A DNA stretch of 63,978 nt, counting the filler, from Trypethelium eluteriae (Eukaryota), in assembly GCA_051942245.1 (NCBI GenBank). It is 4 parts of 4 records of this genome, joined end to end, with 100 filler letters (N's around TTAATTAATTAA, not from the genome) between each part and the next. Parts side by side here need not be neighbours in the genome. Positions count along the whole stretch, not along the records: positions 1 to 15,958 come from JAVECL010000634.1; 3 more parts are not named here. One strand, 5' to 3'. Within the stretch, counting starts at the first letter, position 1; the number at the start of each line of letters is the position of its first letter. Position numbers and translations under genes: made by a program. The notes beneath the pieces are model-generated. The model worked only from the letters and a program-made list of their open reading frames with translations, did not search any database and had not been told where the DNA came from. Shown piece by piece: positions 1 through 11,596 of the stretch.

Positions 1-197
1 TGGAGGGGGAGGTGGAGGTGGAAGATCAGAGGAGGAGGGCGAAGGAGAGGGGCAAGATGAGTGGGAGGGAGAAGGCGGAGATGGTGAAGGGGAGTAAGGC
101 GTGGATTATGAGAAAGAAACAACAGATGGAGAGGAAGGGAAAGGTGGTGAAGCCAACTTCGAAATATACAGGCAGGAAGCGGAGGATTCAGTTCTGA
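1..197 (+). CDS. BUD23: 3' end of 18S rRNA m7G methyltransferase Bud23/WBSCR22 (5' part outside the contig)
   Basis: C-terminal peptide KGSKAWIMRKKQQMERKGKVVKPTSKYTGRKRRIQF* matches the characteristic Bud23 tail (W.I.RKK...G..V...SKYTGRKR...F). Confidence 0.85.
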   Translation, partial: EGEVEVEDQRRRAKERGKMSGREKAEMVKGSKAWIMRKKQQMERKGKVVKPTSKYTGRKRRIQF

Positions 198-404
198 ACC
201 CAGACGTGAGTGGCGTACAGGAATGAAGACGGAAGATACTATCAATCTTGCAGGTTCATTTTTCGCTTCGAGGTCTCTGCTGCATAGCGAAAGCGACGGT
301 GTTTGGCGCAGGAAAAGTGCTCCATGGATATCTACGTTCTAAAGACTAAAGTACACAGAATATATGCTGTCTAAAACAAAGCAAAGCTGAAACGTAGATT
401 GCAT

Positions 405-1824
405 CTATGCAGACTCCAATGCATTGAGGACCGCCCTTGTGTATTCGTGAGTGGTGGCATTACCACCCATATCCCTCGTTCGTGCTTTGCTAGAAAATTG
501 TAAGAGTGTTGTGTATCAGCAATTCAATTGAGGAACTCACCCATCCGCAATGACTTCGTAGACAGCCTTCGATATACGGTTGGCATGATCATCAAGTCCA
601 AGATGCCTGAGCAACATAGCACCCGAGAGGAGAAGAGCAGTAGGGTTAGCCTGATCCTTGCCCTGGATGTCGAGACCGACGTGACGGCACCCAGGCTCAA
701 AGACGGCGACTTCACGTCCCATGTTACAGCCAGGGATGACACCAGGACCGCCGACAAGACCAGCTCCGATATTGGAGAGGATACCTCCATAGAGGTTAGG
801 CATGACCATGACGTCGAATTGCTGTGGCCTTGAGACACATTGCATGGAGGCGTTGTCGACAATCATGTCGTTGGTTTCAAGGCTTGGATAATCTTCACCA
901 ACTTTCCTAACAGTGTTTCGAAAGAGACCGTCGGCAAGCTTCATGATGTTGGCCTTATGTATGCATGTAACCTTCTTCCTGTTGTTAGCAAGGGCAAAGC
1001 TGAATGCGAATTTGGCTATCCGTTCGGATTTTGCTCGAGTGATGATTTTCAGAGATTCGACGACGCCGGGAACGGATTGGTGTTCAAGACCAGAGTATTC
1101 TCCTTCGGTGTTCTCGCGAATGATGCAAAGATCGACGTTTTTGTGTCGCGTGTCATAGCCGGGAATGTTCTTGATCAGGACAATGGAAGCGTAGATATCG
1201 AGTTCTTGTCTGAGGGCAACATTGAAGGAGGAGTGGCCAGAGCGTTCTACAGGCGTGTGGAGGATACCTTTATAGGTCAGCCGAATTTGTGTCGCTGGTG
1301 AGAACGACTGGTATATACCTTTCAGTCCAAGTTTATTTCGCTTGAGGGACGCAATTGATTCTCTAAATAGTTCTTCGGTGTGCTTGTTCCCCGTGTCAAC
1401 ACCAGACACGTCCACTTGCTCCCATTCTATGGGCACATTGTCTGCCTTGAAGATCTCTTTCATAGACTCTGATACCTCAGCACCGATACCGTCACCTAAC
1501 ATCCTGTATTAGTAGCCATGTTTACTTTTGTCGTCCCAAATCGGCATACCGGGAATGAGGGTCACGGTGTATTTGCCGCCATACTTGGTGGGTTTGAAGA
1601 TGTCAGACTGAACCGTTGCGTAGCCGCCTATATTTGAATTGAGCCTAGATTTTGAGGAATGGTCTTTCTTATCGTACATCTTGCGGGCATAGGTATGCTT
1701 GGTGTCCATCGCGAAGCAGTCTTTGCGTTGCGGAACAGGCCCTAGGAATGCGTTAGCGTCAATGATTAGAAATCTGCAGTAAACAACATACTTGTGCCGT
1801 CCTGCAGGGAGCTCGCGACAGCAT
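405..1824 (-). CDS. IDH1: NAD-dependent isocitrate dehydrogenase subunit 1, mitochondrial (spliced)
   Basis: Motifs KYGGKYTVTLIPGDGIG, IIRENTEGEYSGLEH, IHKANIMKLADGLF, MPNLYG, FEPGCRHVGLDI, ANPTA. ATG at 1824 (MLSRAPCRTAQ, presequence-like) is followed by GTATGT. The last exon reads KARTRDMGGNATTHEYTRAVLNALESA* and ends at 405. Several GT..CTRAC..AG introns. Confidence 0.95.
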
Positions 1825-2172
1825 GTTGAGAACAATTGGAGTCGTGAGCAGAGAGGTAACAGGAGAATAGCTGGAGGGGTGTTGTGGAGCTTCGAGGGCA
1901 AAAGCAAAGTCTGGCACAAAGATCGGCGGGAGCATCGCGCGGGATTTTTCCGAAGGGCACAGGCGCATTCTCTCACCTCAATCTAACCTATACTTACCTT
2001 ACGGAGTCCACTCCTCCCTGACAAGAGACCTTTGAAAATACGTTTACCTTCTTGCTTGGATCATCACACAATATGAAGCTATCAGTTGCAGGCACATCAT
2101 CAGCCACAATCATCTCCAACATCTATGCCTCCACGGATTACTGTAGCAGTTTGGGAACCATCTCTTCTTCCA

Positions 2173-2364
2173 ACCTACCTTACGGCGACTGGGGGGTTCC
2201 TCAACAGGTAATCGATACAATGTTACCTCAGTTCAACTGTTATGACCATGTTGGCCCATGTTAAGGCGGTATTAACATGGACCAACAAGGTCTCAACAGT
2301 GAATTCGAAATAACATTGTATCGATTACCTGTTGAAGAACCCCCCAGCCGCCGTAAGGTTAGGT
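2173..2364. repeat. ~190-bp near-perfect palindrome/foldback (MITE-like or hairpin RNA)
   Basis: Left arm ACCTACCTTACGGCGACTGGGGGGTTCCTCAACAGGTAATCGATACAATGTTA...CCATGTTAA is the reverse complement of right arm TTAACATGG...TAACATTGTATCGATTACCTGTTGAAGAACCCCCCAGCCGCCGTAAGGTTAGGT, around a 7-nt loop GGCGGTA. Confidence 0.9.
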
Positions 2365-2471
2365 GCTCAAGATCAATCGGCTCCGTAGCATGCCTTGAGA
2401 AACAGCGAACGTGGACTGACATTCAGTGAGATTATGACCGACATAAAGACCACAATAATGGTACATGTTGC

Positions 2472-3569
2472 CTAAACCCCTCTATGACCGTCTTCGGCGA
2501 TCTTCAACGCTGGCTTGAGATTCTGAGGCTGCACTCGCTCCCACAGACTTCCAAGGCCAGCATCCTTTCCACGTTGGTCTTCCTTCTCAAACCATTGCTT
2601 GGCGCTTTTAATTCTGTTTGGATGAATCTCATCTAACAATTTGTAGTCTCGCGCAATTACACCGTTTTTCCCTCCTCCGTACTTGTAATTGTGCCAGAAG
2701 CCGGTAAAGTTAGTCCGCATGGTGACCGCTGCGGGATCATTCAGATCGGCATTGTATCCACTAGGACCATCAGCTATCCGGCTCAAGGCTCCAGTGCTCC
2801 AATACGTTTCGAGGTCAGTGTCAATATATCGAGCTGGATGTCCCATCGTCTCCTCGAACGCCTGGGCAAGCTCAGAATACCCAATGTGATCAACAGCGAC
2901 TGCTAAATTCATGCCATTGGCACGCTCCGGATGATCGAACAGCCATCGAACATAGTATTCGCAATCCTCCAGAGACACATGAGGCACCTTTCCCTCTCCC
3001 AAGGGCACACGCCAGGTGACAATGCCATCTTCGACCGTTGGAGTCATTGGCGTCCCAGCTGCGATCGTCATCTGGATATATGGGCCAGTGGTGAAGAGTG
3101 CAGCACCCATCTTCGGACCATTATCCTTCGTCTGCTGAAGAATCCATTCGCCAATCCTCCCTTTCCCATCGTAGTGGCCCGTGCGGTGTGCAGGCTTGTA
3201 TCCGCTCTTCTTGTAAACAAAGTCGAGGTTTCCATACACAAAAAACTTGATGCCTTCTTCTAATGCAAGCTCGTACGCCCGAATTGCCCAGAACATCTCG
3301 GTCTTCTCTCCCGAATTGAACCCATCAATATTGACAAAGGCGCCATCGCAGCCACGGAATCCGGTGCGGAGGTCACTCTCGCTTGCCCAACTGCCCTCCA
3401 CGAGATCGACATTGCCGAGTTTGAGGAGCTCTTGAGCACGAGCAGATTTGCTATCCCGGGTCAGAGCTCGGACATGATAGGCACCGTTGTTGACAAGACC
3501 ACGGATGACAGCCATGCCTTGGGCGCCGGTTCCGCCCACGACGAAGATTTTGGATGTTTGATAAGTCAT
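2472..3569 (-). CDS. NmrA-like family NAD(P)-binding Rossmann protein
   Basis: Intronless 365-aa ORF with N-terminal IFVVGGTGAQG, VRALTRD, GAFVNIDGF and HYDGK, typical of fungal NmrA-like/atypical SDR proteins. Confidence 0.85.
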   Translation of the reverse strand: MTYQTSKIFVVGGTGAQGMAVIRGLVNNGAYHVRALTRDSKSARAQELLKLGNVDLVEGSWASESDLRTGFRGCDGAFVNIDGFNSGEKTEMFWAIRAYELALEEGIKFFVYGNLDFVYKKSGYKPAHRTGHYDGKGRIGEWILQQTKDNGPKMGAALFTTGPYIQMTIAAGTPMTPTVEDGIVTWRVPLGEGKVPHVSLEDCEYYVRWLFDHPERANGMNLAVAVDHIGYSELAQAFEETMGHPARYIDTDLETYWSTGALSRIADGPSGYNADLNDPAAVTMRTNFTGFWHNYKYGGGKNGVIARDYKLLDEIHPNRIKSAKQWFEKEDQRGKDAGLGSLWERVQPQNLKPALKIAEDGHRGV

Positions 3570-4105
3570 TATGTTTCTCTTCTGACAAGATATTCAATAG
3601 ATGAGCCGGTCGGACCAGGCGTCTCATGTCCTTGGAATATATACCAGGCCATTCTTGATTAGTGATGTAGTCTTTAATTCCCGATGAGTGATGCAGTCCT
3701 AAGTACACACCAGTAGGGTAATTGATGGCATTAATACAAATAATCGCTGCACCTAATATGCGTCGGTCTCTATACTCGAATAGATCGAGTAATCGGCTTC
3801 AGCTCCCTTCTGAATTACTGATCGGGGCTTTGGACATTTTGTATTCTGCCTCATGCAAGGTATCACCGAGATCAGTAAATGTTACGGCCGTAGAAAGCAC
3901 AAGTCATTTCGTGATCTTGATAGTGTTCGCAGATCGCTTTTTTTGCTTCCGTCAAACTATCGCCTATCCGAAGGTGTGATGATTAATCTTGTCGCAATCC
4001 GTATTTAAATCAATATTCGTTCAATACATATTTGACCAATGTGAATTAGTTTGTCTATTCCACTCTATCATATACCCTTTAGAGCAGTTCTATCAGGTCT
4101 GCCTG

Positions 4106-7100
4106 TTATGCATTATTTGTTGCCTCTTGCTCAGCCTCTTGCTCAGCCTCTCTCTGACCCTGGATACTCGTCATGTCGACCTCATTCGCTATCTTACTCT
4201 CTCCATTCTCTCTCTCCTCTTCCTCGCTCATAGCTTTCTCCCAATCATCTACTACTTCGATCACCTCTTTCTTTTGCTTCTCCTTCTTCTTTTTTCCAAG
4301 GACAACCATGTTGCTCTGACCCAACACCTCAAACCCATTGCGACCCTGAATTGATGCCGTGCTCTTTACTTCCCTCCTTGGAGCACCCTTCGCAGCAACT
4401 TGACTCCATCCTTTCATTTCTTCGGCGCCAGCTTCCTCTGATTCTCTTCTCGTGACATTCAAGGACCCGTCAGTGCGACACAGTTCCACTGAGCCCATAC
4501 CGTTCGAAGAAACGACACGTGCAATAGCAGGTTTCGCGTTCTTGAAGACACCTTCGCTTTCTCGCTCAGTAGCGATGTTCCGGCCCTGAGGGACGCCATT
4601 TGGTCGCGTTTTGAGAACCACTTCTCCGCTGGGTAGAAAGGATATGTCGAGAGTGGGCATGAATCCACTTGGTATGACTGACTCGACAGTGGTGCGGAGT
4701 TCTTCGATCGTCAGTCCAAATCGCGGGTTCGTGAGTAAGAACCCATTATAAGGATCGCCAAGAACGTTGCTTCTCTTGTCCTTCGTCGAAGCTTCGCCCT
4801 TTACAGACGCAACAAGGCCTCCGACACTCCGCTGCTTGGTTCGGATTCGCACGCATTCTCCAATCGTCTTGCTTGGCGCACTAACAAAGCGAGGAGTCTT
4901 GTATAGAAACACATGTCGATGTGGCTCTGGATCCATACTTTCGGAATCGATCCCGAAATCTTCGGCCAAGACATGGATGAATCTCCTCTGCAAGTTTGGC
5001 ATCGGTTTAGATCGCAACCTCTTTTCATCATCTGCTCCTGCGAAGACGCGAAACTCGCGTTCCTGCTGCTGTGCCCATTGCGGGCCAAGTTCCTGATATA
5101 GCTTCAATGTCTCTTCGGAATAGGGAATATGGTCATCTGTATGGGTATTTTGGTCGATGTTGAGAGCCAAAGCAAGCTTGCGATTCCGCTCTAAGCGTGC
5201 GCATTCGTCATCGCACTTGAGTTCCTTCTTCCCATTGCCCTCTGGATCATGTTTCGAGGCGTTGCAGCGAGCTTCAACTTTCTGAGTCTGGCAGGGACAA
5301 GTAATGAAGATTTTATGCAGGCATGGCTTGTCTTCCCGGCAAGAGAACGGAGCATGACACTTGTCCTCACACGGATGTCCGCATGCATTCTTGGGCTTAC
5401 CACATTCTTGTTGACAGGTCTTTGATTCTGTATCGGTGTCTTCGCATTCTCCAGGAGAGTGGCAGGTCTTCCGGCAAGTATGAGAACCGCATTTAAGTTT
5501 CTTTCCGCAGATCTCGCCACAACGAACAGAGGGGAGCCAGCATTGTTGATGTTTGAGTGTCTTTTTTCCACAAAGACATACCTTGGAAATCAGGAAGGGG
5601 CACTTGGGACAGTCTTCATTGTCTTGGTGGCATGTATGCGGGACCTGAGGATGACCACAACTCTTCGGCCTTTCACATTGGTATCGGCATGGTGGAGGTT
5701 TGGTCCCACAAGGTAGAGGTGGTTGCAATACGGTACGTTCGCACGCGCAAGGAATCTCGTGAAAGATGGCTTCTTGGCAGGAACGGCAAGGTCCTTTATG
5801 ACAGAGGTCTTGGCAAGTATGGTTACCACATTTCAAGGTTCGTCCACAGACTCGCGTGCAGATGTGTTCAGCTTCAAAGTCGGACCCAGGTCTCTCATCT
5901 AAACGAGGAGTGTCATCAAGTCTGCGCATGGAGCGCATTTTGCGCTTAGTATTCTGGCGTTCAATAGCTTTGCGTTCACCTGAGCAGCAGTGCTCATCAC
6001 AAGAATGGCGTCCGCAATTTAGAGTAGTACCGCAAACTCGCATGCACTGAGGTTGCTCAACGGTGCCTTGATGACACACTGTCGTCGACGAAGTCCGCCC
6101 GCAGCGACAGGTAATGGAGACCCGCTCGAAGCATGGCGGACAATCTCTGGTGTGACATGACTGCTGACACGAGTGGCCGCAAGGTAATTTCCTACCACAG
6201 AGCTTAGTACAGCGCGGAATGGGATCCTCGCATGTTTGACGAGGCTTAGATGATATCGCGTCCAAGTCGGTCTTTCCGCAAGGACATTGAGTTACCACAT
6301 CGGGTGATCGTGGACAGTGCTCGACCTCGGCGGTTTGCGGATGGCAGGGCTTTTCGCAGCAGTGTTTACCACAATCAAATGGACGATTGCATGCATTCTC
6401 ACACTCAAATTGCCCAATCCATTCCTTAGTGGTCCTGTTGTTATCTTCATCGCTGTATGCGCGCTTGCTGTTTTTGTCCTCGCCTCGATCACAGCAATAG
6501 ATAGATTTTTGGACTTGACCGCAATAACAATGTGCATCAAGTGTGATTTCGCAGGCTCCACAAAGACCTTCGTGACACTTTCGTTGGCAGGTGTGCTCTC
6601 CGCATGGCATTAAATCTCCGCAGACTTCCTCGCAGCTCCAGGCCTTATCGTAATCGGTATCGATGCATCTTCGCGTTGTAGTATTCTTCCCGCAGTAGCA
6701 ACTTTGAGTTGGGCCCATGTGGTTGCATGGTGGACAAGGACCCGCGTGGCAAAGGAGATCACAAGGATGGGGACATTTCTTCGGCAGTACCCGCTCTTTA
6801 CCACAGCTCTGCCCACACGAATGTGGAGGGAGTCCGGTAATCGAGTGTGGTTCCCGCTCTTTCTCGCACCAACAATTGTAGGTTTTGGGAAGTGTATCTC
6901 TCGGGAGATTGCAGCCCGGACATCTCCACAGTCGCTGATCCTGCGCTGACTCTTGCCCTGAAGCGAGTTTGTCATTTGCAACCCATTGTTTGATGCAGGT
7001 AAGATGGAAAACTGTCCAGCATGTACGACAGGACCAGATGAAGGATTTCCTTGTTATCTCACTTGTGCAAATGGGGCATTCATACATCCCATGCTCAATG

Positions 7101-7720
7101 TCCTCGTGAATGCGTCCTGTGAGATCTGGCGCCATCGATTTCGAATATCGTCTTTGTTGTTGCCTTTCGTGGCTTGGGGGTGCTCTTGGTCGTTGGACAT
7201 GCGTCTGGTCTGGCACAAATTCGGCCGCACCACCTTGCAGCTCGGTAGACTGCGCCTGCTGAGCAGTGAAAACCGTATCTTCTGCAGTTAGGTGTCCACC
7301 AAATTGTCTACCTTGCAAAGCTCCACTTGACGTGAATTGCCGAGGGTTGCCTTGGTTTATGCCGGCGCGGCCTGCGTTGCCACGCCTTGTTCCTCCTCTT
7401 CCTCTCCCTCTTCCTCGCCCTCTTGATGTTTGTTGCCCTTCCAAAGGAGTATATTGAGACTCAGCCGCGGGAGAGCTTTGCTGCTGTGTCCGAGACGGTG
7501 CTACTGAAGCTGGTCGGAGTACAAGGGAAGGATCACGTCCCGACTGAATATGACCAGGGCCTCTTTTACGTGGCCGGTTTTGGCCATTCTGTTCGCGATC
7601 GGTGGTAGCAGCAGACGAATGATTATTTGCGTGTTCTTGTCGAGGTCTTGGATACTGAGGTCTTCTGTTGTTTCGCACTGGCGGTCGCTGGCCTGTAAAA
7701 GTAGGCGTAGGGTCCGCCAT
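4106..7720 (-). CDS. NF-X1-type zinc finger protein with N-terminal RING/PHD and R3H domain (Fap1/NFX1-like)
   Basis: YECPIC...WSCRTCWTVFHLTCIKQW...WRCPGC; repeated CG.H.C...CH.G.C..C NF-X1 fingers; R3H motif RRFIHVLAEDFGIDSESMDPEPHRHV. Likely ATG at 7720 (MADPTP). Confidence 0.92.
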   Translation of the reverse strand: MADPTPTFTGQRPPVRNNRRPQYPRPRQEHANNHSSAATTDREQNGQNRPRKRGPGHIQSGRDPSLVLRPASVAPSRTQQQSSPAAESQYTPLEGQQTSRGRGRGRGRGGTRRGNAGRAGINQGNPRQFTSSGALQGRQFGGHLTAEDTVFTAQQAQSTELQGGAAEFVPDQTHVQRPRAPPSHERQQQRRYSKSMAPDLTGRIHEDIEHGMYECPICTSEITRKSFIWSCRTCWTVFHLTCIKQWVANDKLASGQESAQDQRLWRCPGCNLPRDTLPKTYNCWCEKEREPHSITGLPPHSCGQSCGKERVLPKKCPHPCDLLCHAGPCPPCNHMGPTQSCYCGKNTTTRRCIDTDYDKAWSCEEVCGDLMPCGEHTCQRKCHEGLCGACEITLDAHCYCGQVQKSIYCCDRGEDKNSKRAYSDEDNNRTTKEWIGQFECENACNRPFDCGKHCCEKPCHPQTAEVEHCPRSPDVVTQCPCGKTDLDAISSKPRQTCEDPIPRCTKLCGRKLPCGHSCQQSCHTRDCPPCFERVSITCRCGRTSSTTVCHQGTVEQPQCMRVCGTTLNCGRHSCDEHCCSGERKAIERQNTKRKMRSMRRLDDTPRLDERPGSDFEAEHICTRVCGRTLKCGNHTCQDLCHKGPCRSCQEAIFHEIPCACERTVLQPPLPCGTKPPPCRYQCERPKSCGHPQVPHTCHQDNEDCPKCPFLISKVCLCGKKTLKHQQCWLPSVRCGEICGKKLKCGSHTCRKTCHSPGECEDTDTESKTCQQECGKPKNACGHPCEDKCHAPFSCREDKPCLHKIFITCPCQTQKVEARCNASKHDPEGNGKKELKCDDECARLERNRKLALALNIDQNTHTDDHIPYSEETLKLYQELGPQWAQQQEREFRVFAGADDEKRLRSKPMPNLQRRFIHVLAEDFGIDSESMDPEPHRHVFLYKTPRFVSAPSKTIGECVRIRTKQRSVGGLVASVKGEASTKDKRSNVLGDPYNGFLLTNPRFGLTIEELRTTVESVIPSGFMPTLDISFLPSGEVVLKTRPNGVPQGRNIATERESEGVFKNAKPAIARVVSSNGMGSVELCRTDGSLNVTRRESEEAGAEEMKGWSQVAAKGAPRREVKSTASIQGRNGFEVLGQSNMVVLGKKKKEKQKKEVIEVVDDWEKAMSEEEERENGESKIANEVDMTSIQGQREAEQEAEQEATNNA

Positions 7721-8260
7721 GATTTGTATTCTTCGGATTTGTGAAACTTCTTGGAAACTCTTTAGAATTCTTCTAAGGAGAGCTGAAATCGAGGATGAGA
7801 GGTCTTCAATGATTAGAGTGCGAGAGAAGTTTAAGGGATGTCGTAGGGTCCGGCAAAAAGAAATAGCCCACCAATACAACGGAGAATTAAGTGGCTTGAA
7901 GGCTCACACCATAAAATTAATTTGTTGATGTGAGCTCTGGAGATGGTAAGGAACGATATGAGTCAGAGCTGCAATGCAGCAAGCAGACCAGCCCAAAGAC
8001 AGAATGAATGAGATTGTGGCAATGACAGAGTGACTCGAGGGAGTCATAGGTGCCGACCTTACTCATAGACTATGAAGGTACTGCTAGAAATCCTGGGCGG
8101 GATGACCTCGCGCTCGAAATGTGACGGCCAATCGGAGTCGGGCTTGCTCCGGCGGTAAACATAGGGCTGAACGTCGAAAGGTTTGGGTACTCACGTACTT
8201 TCTTAAACGGATTATTCAACTTTCGGCACGTCGTATTGGCTAACCCAGCTCGACTACAAC

Positions 8261-10353
8261 ATGGAGTCGAATACCAGTCTTGGTTCTCGCACAGCTCTTT
8301 CCAATAATAAGCGATCGAGGTCTGAAATCGAGAATGAGGAGAGTAAAAACGGGTCTGCACCTGCTGGGGATGTCGAAGGTATTTCCGTTCAATAATCTGC
8401 CAGGAGAACATTGGCCGAACTAAAAATATAGCAGATGCGTCCTCGGAAGATGATGATATGGGCCCAACTCTACCATCCGCCGCGCCGAAGAAGAAGCGTC
8501 GAAAGCTTCCTTATGAGAAACTCTACATTGCAGCTCTTCCGGCCTCTCCGCGTTATTCCAAATCGTTGATGCACAAAGAGCAGCTGAGTTTCACCACCTT
8601 TACGCCATATACAAATTTTCTCATCACGAGCTCGGTAGATGGCGTTGTCAAATTCTGGAAAAAGAGTAGTGGGGATGTGGAGTTTGTCAAGGAGTTCAAA
8701 GCCCACAATGGGGAGATTAGAGGCGTCTCTGTAAGCGCAGATGGCCGAAGCTTTGCATCGGCTGGAATAGATAGAACAGTGAAAATATTTGACGTTGTGT
8801 CCTTTGGTAGGCGAAAATTCCAGTCTCGAGTATTTTTGACACTAACAAGAGAACATTAGATTTGCTCACCATATTAAACCTCGACTACGTACCAAGCACT
8901 TTAAGCTGGGTTCATCGGCGAGGAGCGTCACTACCATTGCTTGCCGTTTCGTCCGAGTCTGACAACTCGATCCGTCTATACGATGGCCGAGGAGAGCAAA
9001 CAACTCCGCTGCACACGATATCCGGACTACACAGGAAGCCGGTCTCAATAATTTCCTTCAACAACGAGTATGATTGCGTGATATCTGTGGATAAAGGAGG
9101 TATGATTGAATACTGGCGGCCAAGTGACAATTACGAGAAACCAGACAATGTCTTTGATATGAAAAGTGCCACAAACCTCTTCGAATTCAAGAAGGCCAAG
9201 TCTGTGCCAACATCCATAACATTTTCTCCAACAGGCCATCAATTTGCGACGTTCTCTTTCCCAGACCGTAAGGTGCGCGTTTTTGACTTCGCCACTGGCA
9301 AGCTTCATCGCACATACGACGAATCTCTCGCTACCTTGCAGGACATGCAACAAGCCAGTACGGATATTAAGAAACTCGATGAAGTTGAATTTGGACGACG
9401 CCTAGCTGTTGAAAAGGAACTTGACAACCCCGCTATACATAATCGTATCAATGTCATGTTTGATGAGACTGGCAACTTCATCTTTTATGGCTCGCTACTC
9501 GGCACCAAAGTTATCAACACCCTTACAAATCGCGTCATCAAGACATATGGCTTTGAGGAACCCTTCCGGCCCCTGAATCTCTCTCTTTATCAAGGCCAGC
9601 CGGAGCAGAAAGGCGTTGTGACCGTAGAAATGGCTGCAAGCAACAATCCATTATTGAAAGAGGCGGAAGCTCGGGACGCCATGCTAGTTGCTACTGGGTC
9701 CGGCAAGGTTCGCTTCTATTTGTTCACAAATGAAATCGAAGTCAGCAAGTCTACTCGAGATGTCCATAACGAGCGACAACGACTTGGCAATGCGAAACAG
9801 CAAGGAGAAGCTAAAGCTAAGGAATTGGGATCCAGTGCAGTTGTCCATACGACTTATGGCGATATCCACCTTCGCCTCTTTCCAGATGCAGCACCAAAAG
9901 CAGTTGAGAATTTTGTGACCCACTCACGTAGCGGGTACTACAATGATGTTATATTCCATCGTGTGATTCGAAAATTCATGATCCAGACAGGCGATCCGAT
10001 GGGTGATGGAACAGGTGGCGAGAGCATTTGGGGCAAGGAGTTTGAAGATGAATTCTCGACGCTGAAGCACGACAAGCCGTACACACTCAGCATGGCCAAT
10101 GCAGGGCCAAATACCAACGGATCACAGTTCTTCATTACAACCGAGAGGACGGTGAGTACTTATGACATCTTCTAATACGATCCTCGTAGGGAAAATCGCT
10201 AATTGTGATTTATAGCCATGGCTTGATAACAAACATACAATCTTCGGTCGCGCGATACAAGGTCTTGATGTTGTCCACCAAATCGAGAACGCAAGAACGT
10301 ACAAAGAGAAGCCCATGGAAGACATTAAAATCATCAATATCTCGGTAGCGTAA
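8261..10353 (+). CDS. CYP15: WD40-repeat peptidyl-prolyl isomerase (Cyp15/PPWD1), spliced
   Basis: YSKSLMH...[18 protein letters not shown] repeats followed by a cyclophilin domain ([56 protein letters not shown]). Introns at about 8379-8433, 8807-8859 and 10152-10216; TAA at 10351-10353. Confidence 0.93.
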
Positions 10354-10471
10354 AAGCAAATCAGTCCTATAGATATTCACAGTCGGCTTTGCCTTTTTTT
10401 CGATACACACAGTTTCAACGATCAGCTCCGCAGCATTCTTCGAGGTCAGCAAAGCAGTGCTGCAAGCTGAA

Positions 10472-11596
10472 TTAAGGAGAGGGCAAACCCCGCATCCAAT
10501 TGATCACGGCTGTAGTCATGCGTCCATCCTCAACGCCTTGTCCAAAATCCATGATGGGCTGGTCATGCATTTCGCCTGGACATACTGTGAGTTGAAAATT
10601 GGCGCCCGGTGACTCTTGGGCATCCATGAGTTCCGCCTGAGCCCTCACATCACTCAGATATACCTCGTCCCCACCCACGACAAACAACAGCCTTGAGGCG
10701 CGGAAATCCGCCCAAAATGCCTTACTCCCAGCAACAGGCGTCGCCCACACGTCATCTTCAACTGGCTGCCAATTCGCCGTAAACAATTTCACAGCTTGCG
10801 GACTGATAAAATCCTTGTTCCCGTTAAATCGATAGCTCGGCGCCGTACACACGTTATTCGTGCGAGGACTGATACACAGTGCCGCCCTCAGCTTCTGCTT
10901 ACCTCCCGCCGCAAACCGGATCGGCGCAATCCGCGGATGCGGGCTCTGCAAATGAGCCAAAATCGCCAGCGTCAGGTTTCCACCGGCGGAGTCGCCCCCA
11001 ACAATGATGCGCGCGGGCTCGCCTCGTCGCTTCTGGAGCAGGAAGCGCAGAGCGGCGGCGGCTTGAGCGAGCTGGCCGGGGTAAGTGACAGCGGGTGCGA
11101 TGGAGTATTCTAGGACGACGAGGGCGGCGGAGGCGGCGGCGGCGGCTCGGTGGGCGAAGATGAGGGTATTAGGGGAGGCGAGGGAAAAGATGTAACCGCC
11201 GCCGTGGAGGTAGAGGAAGACGTTGCCGTCGGTATCGGGGCTGCTGTCGATGAAGTGCAGGGTCGCGGGGGGAAAGCCGTCTGTCTCATCGAGGCGCACG
11301 GGTTCGTGGCGGAGGTTATGCGAAGTGCAGAAGTGGGCGATGTTGACGCCAGTTGGTAAAAGGAAGGATTGCATTTCTCGGAGAGATAGAAACGCGAGCA
11401 TATTGCTACTGAAGGCGGCGGGTATGTTTCGTCGCAAGTTTCTACTGCTGAAGTCACTGGTCCGCAGCATTCTGCGAATGAATGACCCGATGCCGAAAAG
11501 TAGCAACAATGGGACTTTTGTAGCGAGAAATAGCTTCTCTGTCCAGCTCAGCGGCGAAGGCGTATGGCTCTGAGGGAGAGACTGATGCGTAGCCAT
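10472..11596 (-). CDS. Alpha/beta hydrolase, hormone-sensitive-lipase-type esterase (Say1-like)
   Basis: LYLHGGGY oxyanion motif, GDSAGGNL nucleophile elbow, C-terminal GDE and H; intronless 374 aa. Confidence 0.88.
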   Translation of the reverse strand: MATHQSLPQSHTPSPLSWTEKLFLATKVPLLLLFGIGSFIRRMLRTSDFSSRNLRRNIPAAFSSNMLAFLSLREMQSFLLPTGVNIAHFCTSHNLRHEPVRLDETDGFPPATLHFIDSSPDTDGNVFLYLHGGGYIFSLASPNTLIFAHRAAAAASAALVVLEYSIAPAVTYPGQLAQAAAALRFLLQKRRGEPARIIVGGDSAGGNLTLAILAHLQSPHPRIAPIRFAAGGKQKLRAALCISPRTNNVCTAPSYRFNGNKDFISPQAVKLFTANWQPVEDDVWATPVAGSKAFWADFRASRLLFVVGGDEVYLSDVRAQAELMDAQESPGANFQLTVCPGEMHDQPIMDFGQGVEDGRMTTAVINWMRGLPSP

